From: Podarcis gaigeae
Lineage: Eukaryota
Assembly (NCBI GenBank): GCA_964106915.2
Contig: OZ066921.1
DNA: 64,000 bases
Direction: 5' to 3' (one strand)
Part shown: piece after piece, positions 22,971-37,300 of the stretch
Layout of the letters: every line of letters begins with the position of its first letter
Numbering within the stretch: position 1 is the stretch's first letter
The notes under the pieces: model-generated
What the model was told of the DNA's origin: nothing
Database searches by the model: none
What the model saw: the letters and a program-made list of their open reading frames with translations, nothing else
Position numbers and translations under genes: made by a program

Positions 22971-25900
22971 GTAAATTTTGTCCTTAAAGAATTTCCAATT
23001 AGTTTATTGATTTTTAATTTTTACATTTTTTTATTCTACAACGCTTCCATCTTGTAGTGACTTACAAAATTCATTGTGAAAATACATACAGTAAAAGCAG
23101 CATTGAAACTACTACTAAAACATCATACATATGGATACATTTAAAACAGGCAGCAGGTTTACAACAGAACACTTCTTATAAAAGTCCCATAGCTCATTGA
23201 TAGAGCACAAGCTTTTTGTATAAAATGCTCCAGAGGCATCTCCAGGCAGGTATGCCAAGCACTCCTGCCTGAAACCCTACAAAGGTGCCTGCCAGTCAGT
23301 CTATAAAAATGAGTTAGATGAACCAGTGGCTTGACTCTGTATAAGACAGGTTCCTGTGTTCCTAAGTTTTAAAAAATAGCTTGTTTTTCTGTGCAGCAGT
23401 TAGTTCAAAAACTTCCTAAAACATTGCTTTTGTTACCCTGTAGAAATCTGGAAGGGAGTCAGGTAAGCACATCTTTCTGGGAGAGTTTAAAAGAGGCTTT
23501 ACTCCAGAGAAGACCTGTGCTTTTTTTCAGATTGGCTTAGCCCACTTATGAGTACAAAAGTTGCATAGAAGTGCCATATGTGAATGCCAAGTCTGTGTAT
23601 GTGTTGTATTTGAACTGTTTCATATATGTGTTAATTGTTGGTATTATTAATTGCTTCAGGAGGCTTCATAGGAAGCTATTCATAAATGGAAATAACTGTA
23701 TCCCTGAGTACTTCTGAAGTGGCTTGTAAATGTAAATAATCCCAACACATTTTAGATTTGTGAACTTCAGGAAATGTTAAAATAGAAGAGTTGAGCTACT
23801 TTTGAATACTGCTGTTCCTAAGGTCTTGTGTGATGGAACTTCATTTTTCTCAAGCTTTGAATGACTTAGTAACTGAGTTCAGTAACTTGAATTTTAGTCA
23901 CAAGTTTAGTCACAAGTCAAGTCACTTGTTTGGCTTGTCTCTGTAAAATATTTCTTAATATTAGCTTCTATTTTGTTACTATGGATACAGTATTCAGATG
24001 ATGTTTGTTGTGCTGGGCATAATCAGTAATGACGAAGAATTGTGAATTGCATTCACCTTCTTGAAAGACTAACCAAAATAGTTTAATCTGCCATCTCATC
24101 TTTATGATATCAAAATATTTGTTAAACGTTTCCTATAGTAAGAAGATGGTTTGAAGTACTTTAATGGGTATATATATTATGTTTACAGAAACAAAATCCT
24201 GGTAATATCTGGTAACTAGATCATAGGTGCCTCCCCCAAAACAACCAAAACTTTTGCTACAGCTGTCTCCTTTATTTTCAGACGCAGTTTCTGATCCAGG
24301 AGTGTGCATCATTGATTACAAAGCCAAATTTTATTTCGACGCTGTCCTATGCTATTGAAAATCCATTGCATTATCAAAAGGTTTGTATGCAGTTTTAAAG
24401 TGCCTTTAACAAGAATGTTAAAGAAAAACCTATTAAGGTGTCAGTGAGCTAATTTTACAAAATGTACACCTATGTTCATTATTACAAAGGAGTTTTTAAG
24501 ATTTACATCATGTATATTCTGTACTCGTAAAATATCCAGGTAATTGCCTTATTTTACATTTCTTTGCTCTGCAACACCCACTCCTCATTAGGGCTTCTGT
24601 AGCAATTTACAGAACTTTGTATGCTGGAATTGGAGAATACTGGTAGTTTGGCAACAAATGAGATACTATCTTCAGAGAAGTTGGAAAGTACCACTAATGA
24701 GCAGAAGTTGATTTTATTTTTTTCTGTAGAGGAACATATGACACAGAGAATCTTTTTCTTGGTACAGTATTCTGTTAAACTGTAAACATAAGCATCTCAT
24801 ATATAAAACTTTTTTTCTTTCAGAGTCTTAAGCCGTCACCCCATCTATTCACTCAGCTGAGCAAAGTTATCAAATTAAGCAAGGTTCAAGAGGTGGGTTA
24901 AGTCCATAGATTTATCTTCCATGAAGTAGTCTGATTCCCTTTTAGTCTGACCATTAAAAATGTTGGCCATCATTGCATGCTTTTTATGTGAAGAAATGCC
25001 TCCTTTTGTCCAAACTGAATATCCCAACATTCAGCTTCATTGTCTGACTCTGAGTTCTGGTATTATGAATGAGAAATGAATATTTGTCCAGTGACTTTTT
25101 CAACAGCATGCATAATTTTATAGACCTCTATCATGTCCTTACCACCGCCTCCCCCCCCCCCCCCAACTAGCCCCAGTCATTGAAACTCTTTCTCACTGGG
25201 GAGTTCCTTCAGTTGATCATGCTACTTGCCCTTTTCTGCACTTTTTGTAGCTCTACAATATGCTTTATGAGGTGTGGTGAACAGAATTCTACACGCTACT
25301 CTGAACACAGACAAATCATAGATTTGCGTAAAGGCACTATGATAGTGATAGTTTTAATTATTATTTCCTTTCTAATTGTACCCATGAAATCTGCTGTTTT
25401 CATTTTTTTGTAAGTATTTTTTTATTAATTTTATAATTTGTAACTTCAACAATTATTCTTCATAAAAAACAAACAAAAACAAGCAGAAACAATAACAACA
25501 GAATATAAACAAAAGCATAAAACATTAACACTTATCAATATATAATCTGCTGTTTTCAGAACAGCTGCACTCTACACCAGTATTTTCATGAAACTGTCCA
25601 TCACAACTCCCAATATCTTTTTCCTGGTCACTCTCTCAGTTCGGATCTCATCAGTGTTTTTTTTTAGGCTTTTGTTTATCACTTTTCACTTGTTTTATGC
25701 TGAACTGCATTTCCTTTTAAAATGTCCAGTCACCCAGTTTGGAGAAGACCTTTTGGAGCACCATTTTGTTTTAATGCCCTAAATAATTTGACGTTGGCTC
25801 TGAACTTGGCTACCTAAATATAGATAATTTATAAACAAATTAAAAGCACTGGCCCCAATAGGAATCCTATGGAGGGACTGACATCCTGACAGAATCTGAG

Positions 25901-27262
25901 GAAGGTTAACAGCTGGTAGTGCTCTTGGAAATGTTCCAACCATATTAAATAAGGTGTGGCATTAGTCACAATGATTTCCTGTCCATCTTGCTTTAGAGTA
26001 GCAGCGCTACCAAGAACGTCATCCTCCAAATCCTAATCCACCTCATGGGCATCCATAGTGGGGTTTTTTTTAACTCTCAGTGGGATGAGGAAAGTTGTGG
26101 GGAGGACAGTAGAGTTCAGCTCTGGTGTTTGTCTTTGCCAGTCTAGTTGCCAGACAGCTGGACTATGTATGTGATAGGTGATAATGCAGTTCGTTCTTCT
26201 ATTTGTAGGTTATTTTTGGCCTTGCTTTGCTAAACTCCTTCAACCCAGATCTACGAGGTTTTGGTAAGATAAATTTGTATAGTATTATAGACACACATAC
26301 CATATTTTACTTCAGTTTTAGTATAATCTGATTCCTGAGTAGGAGACTTTAGTTTTCATCCTTCTCCTGGATCTAGTTGCTTAAGTTGTAGAATCCAATG
26401 GCCAGAAGTACAAGGTCCAGTACAAGGTCCAGTTAACTCATTCAAGGATCATCCTTGTAGTTGCCTCCACTGATGTTTGGAGGGAGGGGAAACACCCCAG
26501 ATCTTGAAAATCTTGCCTGATCTTTGTGGCTAATAGAATGTTCTGAAGACATAAGATACAGCTCTCCTTGAGCCCTTCCAGAAAGGGAAGACAACATGGG
26601 AACCATATGTAAGCTGCTCTGAGCTCATAATATAAATCTAATACAACACACCCACCCAAAAAATCTTAAGAGGTAATTAATAAATATGAAATCTGCTTCC
26701 TTATGTCAGTTCTATCGACCTGGACTCTGAAAGTAGTTGATCTGCAGGTCACTGATCCAAAATATTCCCTTCTTTCTTAATTAAATGAGGTAACTACAGG
26801 CAACAATTTTTCCATTAATCTGAGTTTCCTAGAACCACTTGTTAGTCCTGTTTGAAGTATATTTGGAAGTAAAAATTCTTAGGGTGTAATAGAAGTTATA
26901 GCTGGATCGCCATTAGAATTTGAGTAGAGTCATGATAGGGCGGGAAGTTTTAGGTGCAACCTAAGCAGGAAAAAGTGAAATTGGTGAAAAAGCCAAGCAC
27001 GTATGCCCGGAGAAGTACCAGCTTCCACTTCTCCTTTCTTGTGCTTGTACCAAACAGTGTAAGGAAATGCAAGGTGGCATCAAGTGAGGTTGCATTCCAA
27101 GGCAGGGTGGTGCTGAGTTATTCTGACTGGTTGTTCTAGTATGCAACTGTCTATATACTGTCACACTTATTGTGTGACAATCAGAGCAGTTGGCAAGTGC
27201 TGTTGATAAACCAGAAGAGCAGATGCATAAACTTTTTTAAAAAGCAATTTAGTTAACTGCTT

Positions 27263-27301
<39 letters not shown>

Positions 27302-30300
27302 GCTGCTCAGTTTATTAAACAGAAACTTCCTGATCTTCTGCGTTCATACATTGACGCAGACGTCAGTGGAAATCAAGAAGGTGGCTTCCAAGATATTGCA
27401 ATAGAGGTCTTGCACCTCCTCCTATCCCATCTTCTTTTTGGACAGAAGGGAGCCTTTGGGGTTGGACAGGAACAGATTGACGCTTTTCTCAAAACATTAC
27501 GTAGAGGCAAGTATTGCATTTGATACATCTATTTGAAACCCATTTCTAAAAGGAATAGATTTTTGTGGGGGGTAAACATTTGGGTGGTAATCTAGAAAAG
27601 AAATGAGGATCCTGAAACGATTATCTTAATGCAGATTCTTATAGGATTGTCTGCACAGTATGTCTTTCAGATACTATAATTGGTAGAAGTTTGGCTATCA
27701 CAACTTTAGAACCACCAAGGGTATTATTGTTGGCACTCCATTTAGAAATGGGATGGGGTTTGGTATAAATTGATGCTTTCCACCCCTCTGAAATTTTGGG
27801 CTGGGCTTCTCTGGTCCTACTATCTTAGCCTTCCCCTTCCCTTTCCTGTCTAAACTTGTGGCAGTTTCAAGGTGCTTTGGAATGTTGCTGTGACAATCCA
27901 GAGGATGTAATGGAGGCAGTACTGTGAGGCCCAGTTTGCACAACATAGTAAACCATAGTTTACTGTGTACACACCTTAATGGGCTATAATCATGACTTGT
28001 TGAGAGCAAAGTGAACCATAATTGCTGGTTTGGTCATAATATTAAGCCCTGGGATAATTGTTTGCTTCCTCCCAGCATGTGTGGGAAGGAGCAGAGGGGC
28101 CAAGCGAGACATGTTCATGGTAAAGCGTTAAGTATGACTTACCATGGTATGCAACTAAGGTCACATAGTATCTAAATAGCTGTAATGTCACAGTAGGACA
28201 GTAAGTAGGCCAAAAGTTGGGGTATAAAATAAATTGCTTTCTGTGTCTCTGAATTCCAAGACAGTGATCATAAACACCTTTTAATTCAAAACTCCTTTGG
28301 TCATAACATGATTTTCACAATATGAAACAAATGATTATTGGGGTTCTGTGTTGGTCATTGGTCCTTCTGAAATGCTAAAATACTCTGGGATCTCAGATTT
28401 TCCCCAGGAACGTTGCCCTGTGGTGCTTGCACCACTCCTATACCCTGAAAAACGGGACATTCTAATGGACAGGATCCTGCCTGATTCTGGAGGGATAGCA
28501 AAAACAATGATGGAGAGCTCTCTTGCAGACTTCATGCAGGAAGTTGGCTATGGCTTTTGTACAAGGTACGTAGATAAATTCACTGAAATTTGGAGTTGAT
28601 GTCCTGACTCTTAAGTCATACTTTGAATATCCCCATTGAAATGAAAGGGCAAGTTAAGTCAGTTGAGAAGGCTGTTGGAGGTCGCGGGACAGCTATTCAG
28701 CTGCAAATAAAACTTTTAGTGCGTTTTAAGTGCAATATACAATGTCACACTAGGCGGCGATAGTGAGCCTCATGGAAAATTCAATGTATTTCAAAAAGTA
28801 TTTTCAGAATGGTTTTTATATGCACGTAGATTCCACCCTAGTCCAGTTTAATGTACTAACTTGAGTATCAGTAATACTCCCTAAAATAGACATACTTGAT
28901 AGAAAACAATTATATACTAAGTTTTGTGGAGGTCATTGTGACTTACCTTTTTAGTGTGGAGGAATGTCGCAACATCATCACTCAGTTTGGTGTGGGAGAG
29001 GTCACTGCTGCCCAGGTTGCCAGAGTTTTGGGAATGATGGCTCGAACACACTCGGGATTGGCAGATGGCATTCCTTTGCAGGTGAGTCTCCTCTGTGTTG
29101 AGAGGTGTTGTAACTGAATATAACTTAAACAGAACTACTGAATGATGTTTACACAGAAGATTTTGGAGCCGCTTAATTCCTATGATCTTGAGCAACAAGC
29201 ATGACTGAAAGGTTAAATGACTTCCAGCACTTCAGCATTTTATGCCAAATGCTGTTTAACAGCTCTGTGTAACCTGTTGGTGGTGGTGTGTCATAATATC
29301 CAACTCTGTTTCTCTGTACCATCTTAATTCAGTGTGGCTGTGCAAGAAATGAACTGGTGCCTGGGTGCAGTGATGGGCTAGAGGGTGGCCAATAAACTGA
29401 GCTTGAAAGATGGAGGTTCTCCGGGTGGGCAGGAAATAGGTCAGTAGGGTGGGGTTGCGCTAAATCCATTGTTGTTACTCAAGGCTCAAGTGGCTTCAGT
29501 GGATAGGAGTGCCTTCTGCCAGCTTCATTTGATATGACAGCTGTGGTCGTTCCTGGATCATGATAGATTGGCCATGATAGTTCATACACCACTCAATTGG
29601 ATTGCTGCAGTGTGCCCTGCTTGTGGCTTTTCTTAAGGCATGTCTGGAAGTTGCAGCTGGTGCAGAATGCTGTAACAAGGTTGCAGGAGGGAGAATAATT
29701 TTGACAACACCGTTGCTGAAAGGACTGCGCTGGCTTCTGGTATGCTACTGAGCCAAGTTTAAGGGATTGTGGAAGAACTTGGGTCAGATTATCTTAAGTC
29801 TCCCTTAACATGTGCCCCTGCCTGGTTGCTCGTTCCTCGGGAGAGATAATCATAATAGTACTCCATGCTCCTGCTTTTTGTCCAATGTTCACAAAAAAGG
29901 GGTTTTGTTTTTAATTCTGTTTCTTACTGTTTGCTCACAAAGCCTTTCCCTCTATTTTATTGTTAAGGGACAAGCTTGACAGTGCATTATAGAATACTGT
30001 TTAAGTATTGCTGATCTGCAGTAATAAATGTGTTGCAATCGTAAAATTCAAACTCTACTCTGTCACTTGATCTACTAAATCCATCTACACAACCCACGTC
30101 ACAGGAATTCTAAACCTACATGCTTAATTTACAGTCCATCTCTGCTCCTGGAAGTGGAATTTGGAGTGATGGAAGAGATAAAAATGATGGAACACAGTCC
30201 CATACCTGGAATGTGGAGGTTCTGATTGACGTGCTTAAAGAGCTGGTATGTTGATCGCAATCTGACCTTTTGAAGAAAAACTGAATGCCAGAAACTTAAG

Positions 30301-31274
30301 GGTTGTTTCATGTATGATAGATTTCCTGTAAGGATGTCACTTCTGTGAAAGAAACTGCATATGTTTGGTTATGTTTGAGCATGTATATATTTTGCCATGT
30401 GTGTATAGTTGGAAATGCTGAATGGTGGGTTCTGCTGCATTTGGTTGTAAAACATGTAGGTTAAACTTAGAAAAACTGATCAACAGTATTAACAGGCAAG
30501 CTCTGTATACTGTATGTGTGGCTGTTGGAGAAGACAAGCAAACATGATTTTAACCAGAGATGATTATAACCAGAGAGAGGTTCATTTGGTACTAGATTGT
30601 CATCACTGTAACTAGGTCCCTGATGAACTGGCAAGTCACTATTTTCTCAACGCTCAATTGAGGATGACGTAGCATGTCACCCAGCATATTCACCCAGTGC
30701 TTTTCAAGTTGCACTGGCTCCCGGTGGAGTACAGGGTCAGATTTAAGGTGCTGCTTTTGACCTTTAAAGCCCTTCACGGCCTAGGACCCTCGTACCTACG
30801 GGACCGCCTCTCCTGGTATGCCCCACGGAGAGCCTCAAGGTCCATAAATAACAACACCCTAGTGGTCCCAGGCCCTAAAGAAGTTAGATTGGCTTCAACC
30901 AGAGCCAGGGCCTTTTCAACTCTGGCTCCGGCCTGATGGAACGCTCTGCCTCATGAGACCAGGGCCCTGCAGGATCTGATTTCTTTCCGCAGGGCCTGTA
31001 AGACAGAGTTGTTCTGCCTGGCCTTTGGCTTGGAGCCAATTAGATTCCCTCCCTCCCTCTCTCTCTTTTTTCTTCTTCTTTTTTTCTTTTCCTTCTCCTG
31101 CGATGAGGCTACATTTTAATATTTTAATGTTCCATTATTTTAATGTTGTGTTTTATTTTTGTTTTTAAGTTGTAATCATTCATCTTGTTTTTATTATTGC
31201 TTGTAAGCCGCTCTGAGCCCGGCCTTGGCTGGGGAGGGCGGGGTATAAATAAATAATTATTATTATTGTTATTA

Positions 31275-31306
<32 letters not shown>

Positions 31307-34300
31307 TGTGTTCTGAACAGCTATTCCTATGCATGATTAGCATTAGTGCAGTGTCCCCTTGTTTGGCTCCATGCTTACATTGCAAATGATGTAAGATTTA
31401 TTCTGCTTTGATCAGGACTTTGCAAGTGGTGCTGATTAGAGATATGGTATCATTAAAGCACACCTTTATTTGTTCTTTACTGGTGACAAATCCTTAGCAA
31501 GTATTTAGCAGTGTTTTAGTTCATTTAAGGGACACTTATCTTCTGTTTTATTTAGTGTTTTTAAAATATATTTTCTATGTAGTACCCTGTTTTTAAAATG
31601 CTGTAAACTGCTCTGAGTGGTGCATAGGGACTAGAAAGATTGATAGACATTTCTGTGTGGGGGAAAATATAAACACCTCATTCTGCATAATGCGTACAAG
31701 GACTCTTGAATGCTTGTGGGACCAATTTTTACATGATTACTAATTTTTTTAATGACTGACTTAAAATAAATAATGACTATTCATCATTTTGACAACTCAC
31801 ATGAACCATATTAAAGGAAAAATTAACTGCAGAGTTATATTCACAGACTTACTATGGGGAATGTGCTGGAGTTCATGTTTTGCAAGTTGGAAGCCTGAGA
31901 TTCAATCATTGGCAGCTTTGCTTTAAAAATGGGTAAAGGGAATCGGGAAAACCCCATTTCCCCTCTGTGGTTGAGCTGTTGTCAAAAGTAGCAGTCAATA
32001 TATGAGCTAGAGCTAGATGAGCTAATGGCCTGCTTCATATCTTACGAATTGTTTCTAAGTTGTATAAGGAGAAATGTGAAAGCATGCTCTTTATTTTTGC
32101 CTCCATAAGTTGCACCACTATTTGTTTTACTCTTTGCAGAACCCAAATTTGAACTTCAAGGAAGTAACCTATGAACTTGACCACCCTGGATTTCAAATTC
32201 GTGATAGCAAAGGCTTACAGATTGTGGTATATGGTGTCCAGAGAGGGCTAGGGCTAGACGTCTTCCCAGTTGATCTCATATACAGACCTTGGAAACATGC
32301 AGAAGGACAGGTAAAAATCAAGGAGAATATTTTTTTCATGCTTTCTTTCTCTCTCATAGGGGACGCAGGTGGCACTGTGGGTTAAAGCCTCAGCGCCTAG
32401 GACTTGCCGATCGAAAGGTCGGCAGTTCGAATCCCTGCGGCGGGGTGCGCTCCCGCTGCTCGGTCCCAGCGCCTGCCAACCTAGCAGTTTGAAAGCACCT
32501 CCGGGTGCAAGTAGATAAATAGGGACCGCTTACCAGCAGGAAGGTAAACGGCGTTTCCGTGTGCGGCTCTGGCTCGCCAGAGCAGCGATGTCATGCTGGC
32601 CTTGTGACCCGGAAGTGTCTCCGGACGGCGCTGGCCCCTGGCCTCTTAAGTGAGATGGGCGCACAGCCCCAGAGTCTGTCAAGACTGGCCCGTACGGGCA
32701 GGGGTACCTTTACCTTTACCTTACCTTCTCTCTCACTACCACCACATTGGTTAAAAAGGTAGGGGGACCCCTGACCCATTAGGTCCAGTCGCGGACGACT
32801 CTGGCAGATCTCGCTTTGCTGGCCAAGGGAGCTGGCGTACAGCTTCCGGGTCACGTAGCCAGCATGACTAAGCCGCTTCTGGCATACCAGAGCAGCACAC
32901 AGAAATATCGTTTACCTTCCCACCAGAGTGTTACCTATTTATTTACTTGCACTTTGTGCTTTCGAACTGCTAGGTTGGCAGGAGCAGGGACCGAGCAACG
33001 GGAGCTCATAATTACCATAGAACTTTTAAAAAATGTTCTTTCAGTTTTTTGTTGAATTTTGGCTTTGGGGCTCACTAAGACAACAGTTGCTATCAAGATG
33101 TGATACATCCTTTAATACACTGCAATTACTGTAACAGGTAGCGATCAGACTATAGAAGACTGAATCTTAGAACTTTCAGAAAGTTATTTGGGAAAGCAAT
33201 CATAATAGCATAAGTGTGAGAGGGAGGGGTGGTGATTGCTTAGGAGGAAGTGCATCAAGACAGTGTAACATGGATGTAGATATGAAATGTCTCTTACAGT
33301 TATGTAATTTTGTTGCAGCTCTCATTCATCCAGCATTCCCTCATTAATCCAGAGATCTTCTGTTTTGCTGACTACCCCTGCCATACTGTTGCCACGGATA
33401 TTTTGAAAGCCCCTCCCGAGGATGACAATCGAGAAATTGCCACATGGTAAACAGTATTATTTTTCTTGGGAATATAGCTGCTTCAGCATTCTGAAATGAT
33501 GAGCCAGAGTATTCATGGTTGATATCCCTTTCTTGCTTTTCTGACAGCCTTTTGGAAAAAGGTTTTGAGTCACCAAGTGCTTCTCACTTGAGAGGATGTG
33601 TGTGCAGCAGGGATGGCCCAGGGATTAGTTTAGCAGAGGGGTCACCCCCAGACACTGGCTGCATTTGCTAGTCTGTAAATAGTTGCATAGGTAATGAGAG
33701 CAACATGTTAAATTAGCCATGTGTATTAGGCTGCTGTGAACTAAACACTGATTATATTTTTGCTGTGGTCTGGTTTGTGAAGGTTGAATCTTGATTTCTA
33801 GGCAGGCCTTTGGACTGTTCTGACCACTCTGCATGCTGCTTGAAGGAAGTTGACTTTGATACCTATTTCCCCAAGTTTGGTTATTTCAAATATTGTCGAG
33901 CGTAACAGAATTTAGAATTACCTCATTTGATACCCATGTTAGCTTGGTGTAACAGACATCAAGCCAGAATCCTGTCAACTGATTCACAATATTGCATTCC
34001 CCCCCCCTTATTTGTTAGGAAGAGCCTGGACTTGATTGAGTCCCTGTTGCGGTTGGCAGAAGTTGGCCAGTATGAGCAAGTTAAGCAGCTCTTCAGCTTC
34101 CCTATCAAGCACTGTCCAGATATGTTGGTATTGGCATTACTACAGATCAACACTTCCTGGCATACTTTGCGGCATGAACTCATCTCCACACTTATGCCCA
34201 TTTTTCTTGGCAACCATCCCAACTCTGCCATCATCCTGCATTATGCATGGCATGGGCAGGTAAGGGCATTACAATGGTTTTGTTTTGACAACAGAGTTTA

Positions 34301-37300
34301 AACTTGTCACTGTGTTATGCTCCTGAAAGAAGGGTGGGATAGAAATTTAATTGTTCTTTGCTCCATGAGAGTTGTCCTGGGTGTGAGGTGAATTTTGTTA
34401 TGTACCTGTACTATTTTTCAACTGTGAAGCTATCCAGACAGCTTGACCTCAGTATGAATATACTTATGACTTCCAGATGTCCCTCATTTTAATCTGACCC
34501 AGGAACAGAGAGGGGTCAGTCCTATATTAGTGTTTGGGTGGCCTGTAGCACAGCTGGATTGGAATAAACACTGAGGTAGAGACTGGCAGTAGCAACCTCC
34601 TGTCCCTCTCCTTTCCCTAGTTAAAAGTTGTTTCATGCAGCAGTTGCATGTGCATTCTGTCTCTTGGAGAGACAGCACATATGTGCTATTGCCTCCCCCC
34701 CCCCCCCCGCCGCCAAGTTAAATTGTTACAGACCCTGCATTTATATGTAATATGATGACCTGCAGTTCTGTAACCTCAGGAAATCATATACCTTGCCTGC
34801 CTGACCATGGAAATAAATTGCTATGCTATTATGCATCAGCCACTTAATTGTTCTTCTGTAGCTTGCCTCTGTAAATGCCTTTATGGAGAGATGGAGCATA
34901 AATGTGTTAAAAGTGGAGCCAATCTTTGACATCTCTGTTGTTATTACTGAAAGTTAAGGCAGTAAAGAGGAAAATGGGTTGGTGGTTTGATTTGTTATTG
35001 TAATCAGGCTCCATCACATTTGCTGGTGGAGCAAAACACAGGGCCAAGCTGGCTGTATGGTAGGGGCAAGTTGTGGAGGCCAAAGGGTTGGAGGAGCAAG
35101 GTACCTAGAACTGAAGGTGGGGGCAGAAATAAGCTGAAACCCTCTCTTCCACCTGCTACTTTCGTTCTCATTGAATTGGAACCTGTGATTTCAGTGTTAC
35201 AGAGCAGCAAGGGACTTGCCATGTGCCGGTTTAATTGCTCTTTAAGAGCTAGTAATCTGAAATTCAGCTGATGTTTCCTTAGGGCCAGTCTCCTTCAATT
35301 CGCCAGCTCATCATGCATGCTATGGCAGAATGGTACATGCGAGGGGAACAGTATGACCAAGCAAAATTATCACGTATTCTAGACGTGGCCCAAGACTTGA
35401 AGGTGAGTTTGATTCTATATTTTAATTCTGTGGAAAGTGCTTTGACTTTAGTGTTGGGGTTGTGTGAGATGCAGGGTTTGGGAGTGGAGGAAAATAAGTA
35501 TCACATCAGACGACATGTTTATTCTAAGGACAGGAAGAGGTTATGTGTAGGAAGAGAAACTCATCTCTTTGCTTAATATGAAGCTGTGTTGCTAAATTTG
35601 TGACTTGCTAAAGTAATTTTTTCCATCTGCAGAGTTACTAAGATCCTGAGCTGTAGTTTCCTTTTTTGTTTTTATGATCTTGCATTAGAGCAACTCCAGA
35701 GACTCTTAAAAACTTGCAAAGTGTCACTGCCGTTGTATGTTTGCCTTTCCTCTTCATCAAGAAAGTGTGCAAGATTTTGGTGGCATTGAATATCATATCT
35801 CTATAGCTTTTACTAGACACTACTGGGTCAGCATTCATGTTATAACTCCCAAGGAGCCCAGGGTGGCAATTTGGTTAAGTTTGGTTCAGCACTACTGAAG
35901 GCCCATAATTATTTGCTTATTTCAAGCAAGGTGTGTTGTCACCAGAAGGTATCAGTGTATTGCCTCAAGGTCCATGGGGCTATGCAACCTCTTTTTCTTT
36001 GGAGTTTGTACAAGAGCCCTTGCAATTGAAATGAATAGAAGTCATGTATAGTGTATATTCCTCTGAAATTTAATGGGCAGGATAATGTTGGGTTTCCAGC
36101 AGTGATAGGAGCTCAAACCACCCATAAAAACTGCTCTCCCAAGCAGCCAGGTGGTGAGGTAGGGGTTGGTTCTTCGGTCTTCCTCCAGTCTTGCACAGGC
36201 AGTTTCTAGGTCTGTTCCACCCAAGCATAGAAAGAGCTGTAACTGCTGAAGGAGGGAAGAGTGCGGATAATGCGCACAGCCCACCCAGCTTTAATGGCCA
36301 TGAGGGTGATGAGGATTACTGTCAACAGGGTGCCTGTCACCTATAGATCAGAAAATAGGGAGAGAAGAATTACTTATGTCACTTTGCTGTGAAGCCTTCC
36401 ACCCTCAATGGCTTTGCCTTGCCTGTGGTCTTCCATATCTCCCCCCCCCCTTCAAATTCTTAGGTTGGAGGGAAAAGCAATGTGTCCAGTGTATTCTTCT
36501 CCCAGGAGGAGGAATTCCCACCCTGGAAGCTGCTTTGCTGGCTGCTGTCTCTGTCATGTTCTGTGTGACAGAAAAAAATGTTGGGAACTGAATAATATAT
36601 AGATATGGTGGGGGAGGGTGTATGTGTGTAGGCTAATTCTGAGGGAAGCGTAGCCTGATACTTTGACTAGCAGTTTTCTAACTCTCTTTCTTTAGGCGTT
36701 GTCAATGCTGCTAAATGGTACTCCATTTGCCTTTGTTATTGACCTTGCTGCACTTGCCTCTCGACGGGAATACCTCAAACTAGACAAATGGCTCACAGAT
36801 AAAATTCGGGAGCATGGGGTAAAGCAGGATTTTCTTAATTATTTTTGCAATTTTTTTGGTGGTAACAGTCACTTCTTTTTATAAAAAATGTTTCCCTGCA
36901 GTTTATAAAAATTGCTTTCAGCATGCACTCTTGAGTGATAATGTTGAACAAATACCCAGTATTTTCTATATCATAATTTTGTTAACATTCTTGAACTATT
37001 GTTAAGTGTGTGTATCCCACTGAAATTTGCACTTTTCCTTCCCTAGGAGCCTTTCATCCAAGCCTGTATGACTTTCCTAAAGAGAAGGTGCCCCTCTATC
37101 TTAGGTGGCCTTGCCCCAGAGAAAGACCAGCCCAAAAGTGCTCAGCTTCCTCCAGAGACACTGGCAACTATGCTGGCTTGCCTGCAGGCTTGTGCTGGGT
37201 AAGCAGATCATATCTTCTGGGATAGGCTGACAGTCTCATAAATAGTGGTTAAGAAGGTGAATTTACAAACTGGGAACTTGGCTATGAGCTCACTAGGTGA

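Noticed and set aside
33491-33547. Possible C/D snoRNA (ATGATGA ... CTGA) in intron 12
   Set aside because: Only about 50 nt, a 3-bp terminal stem, and no recognisable rRNA guide.
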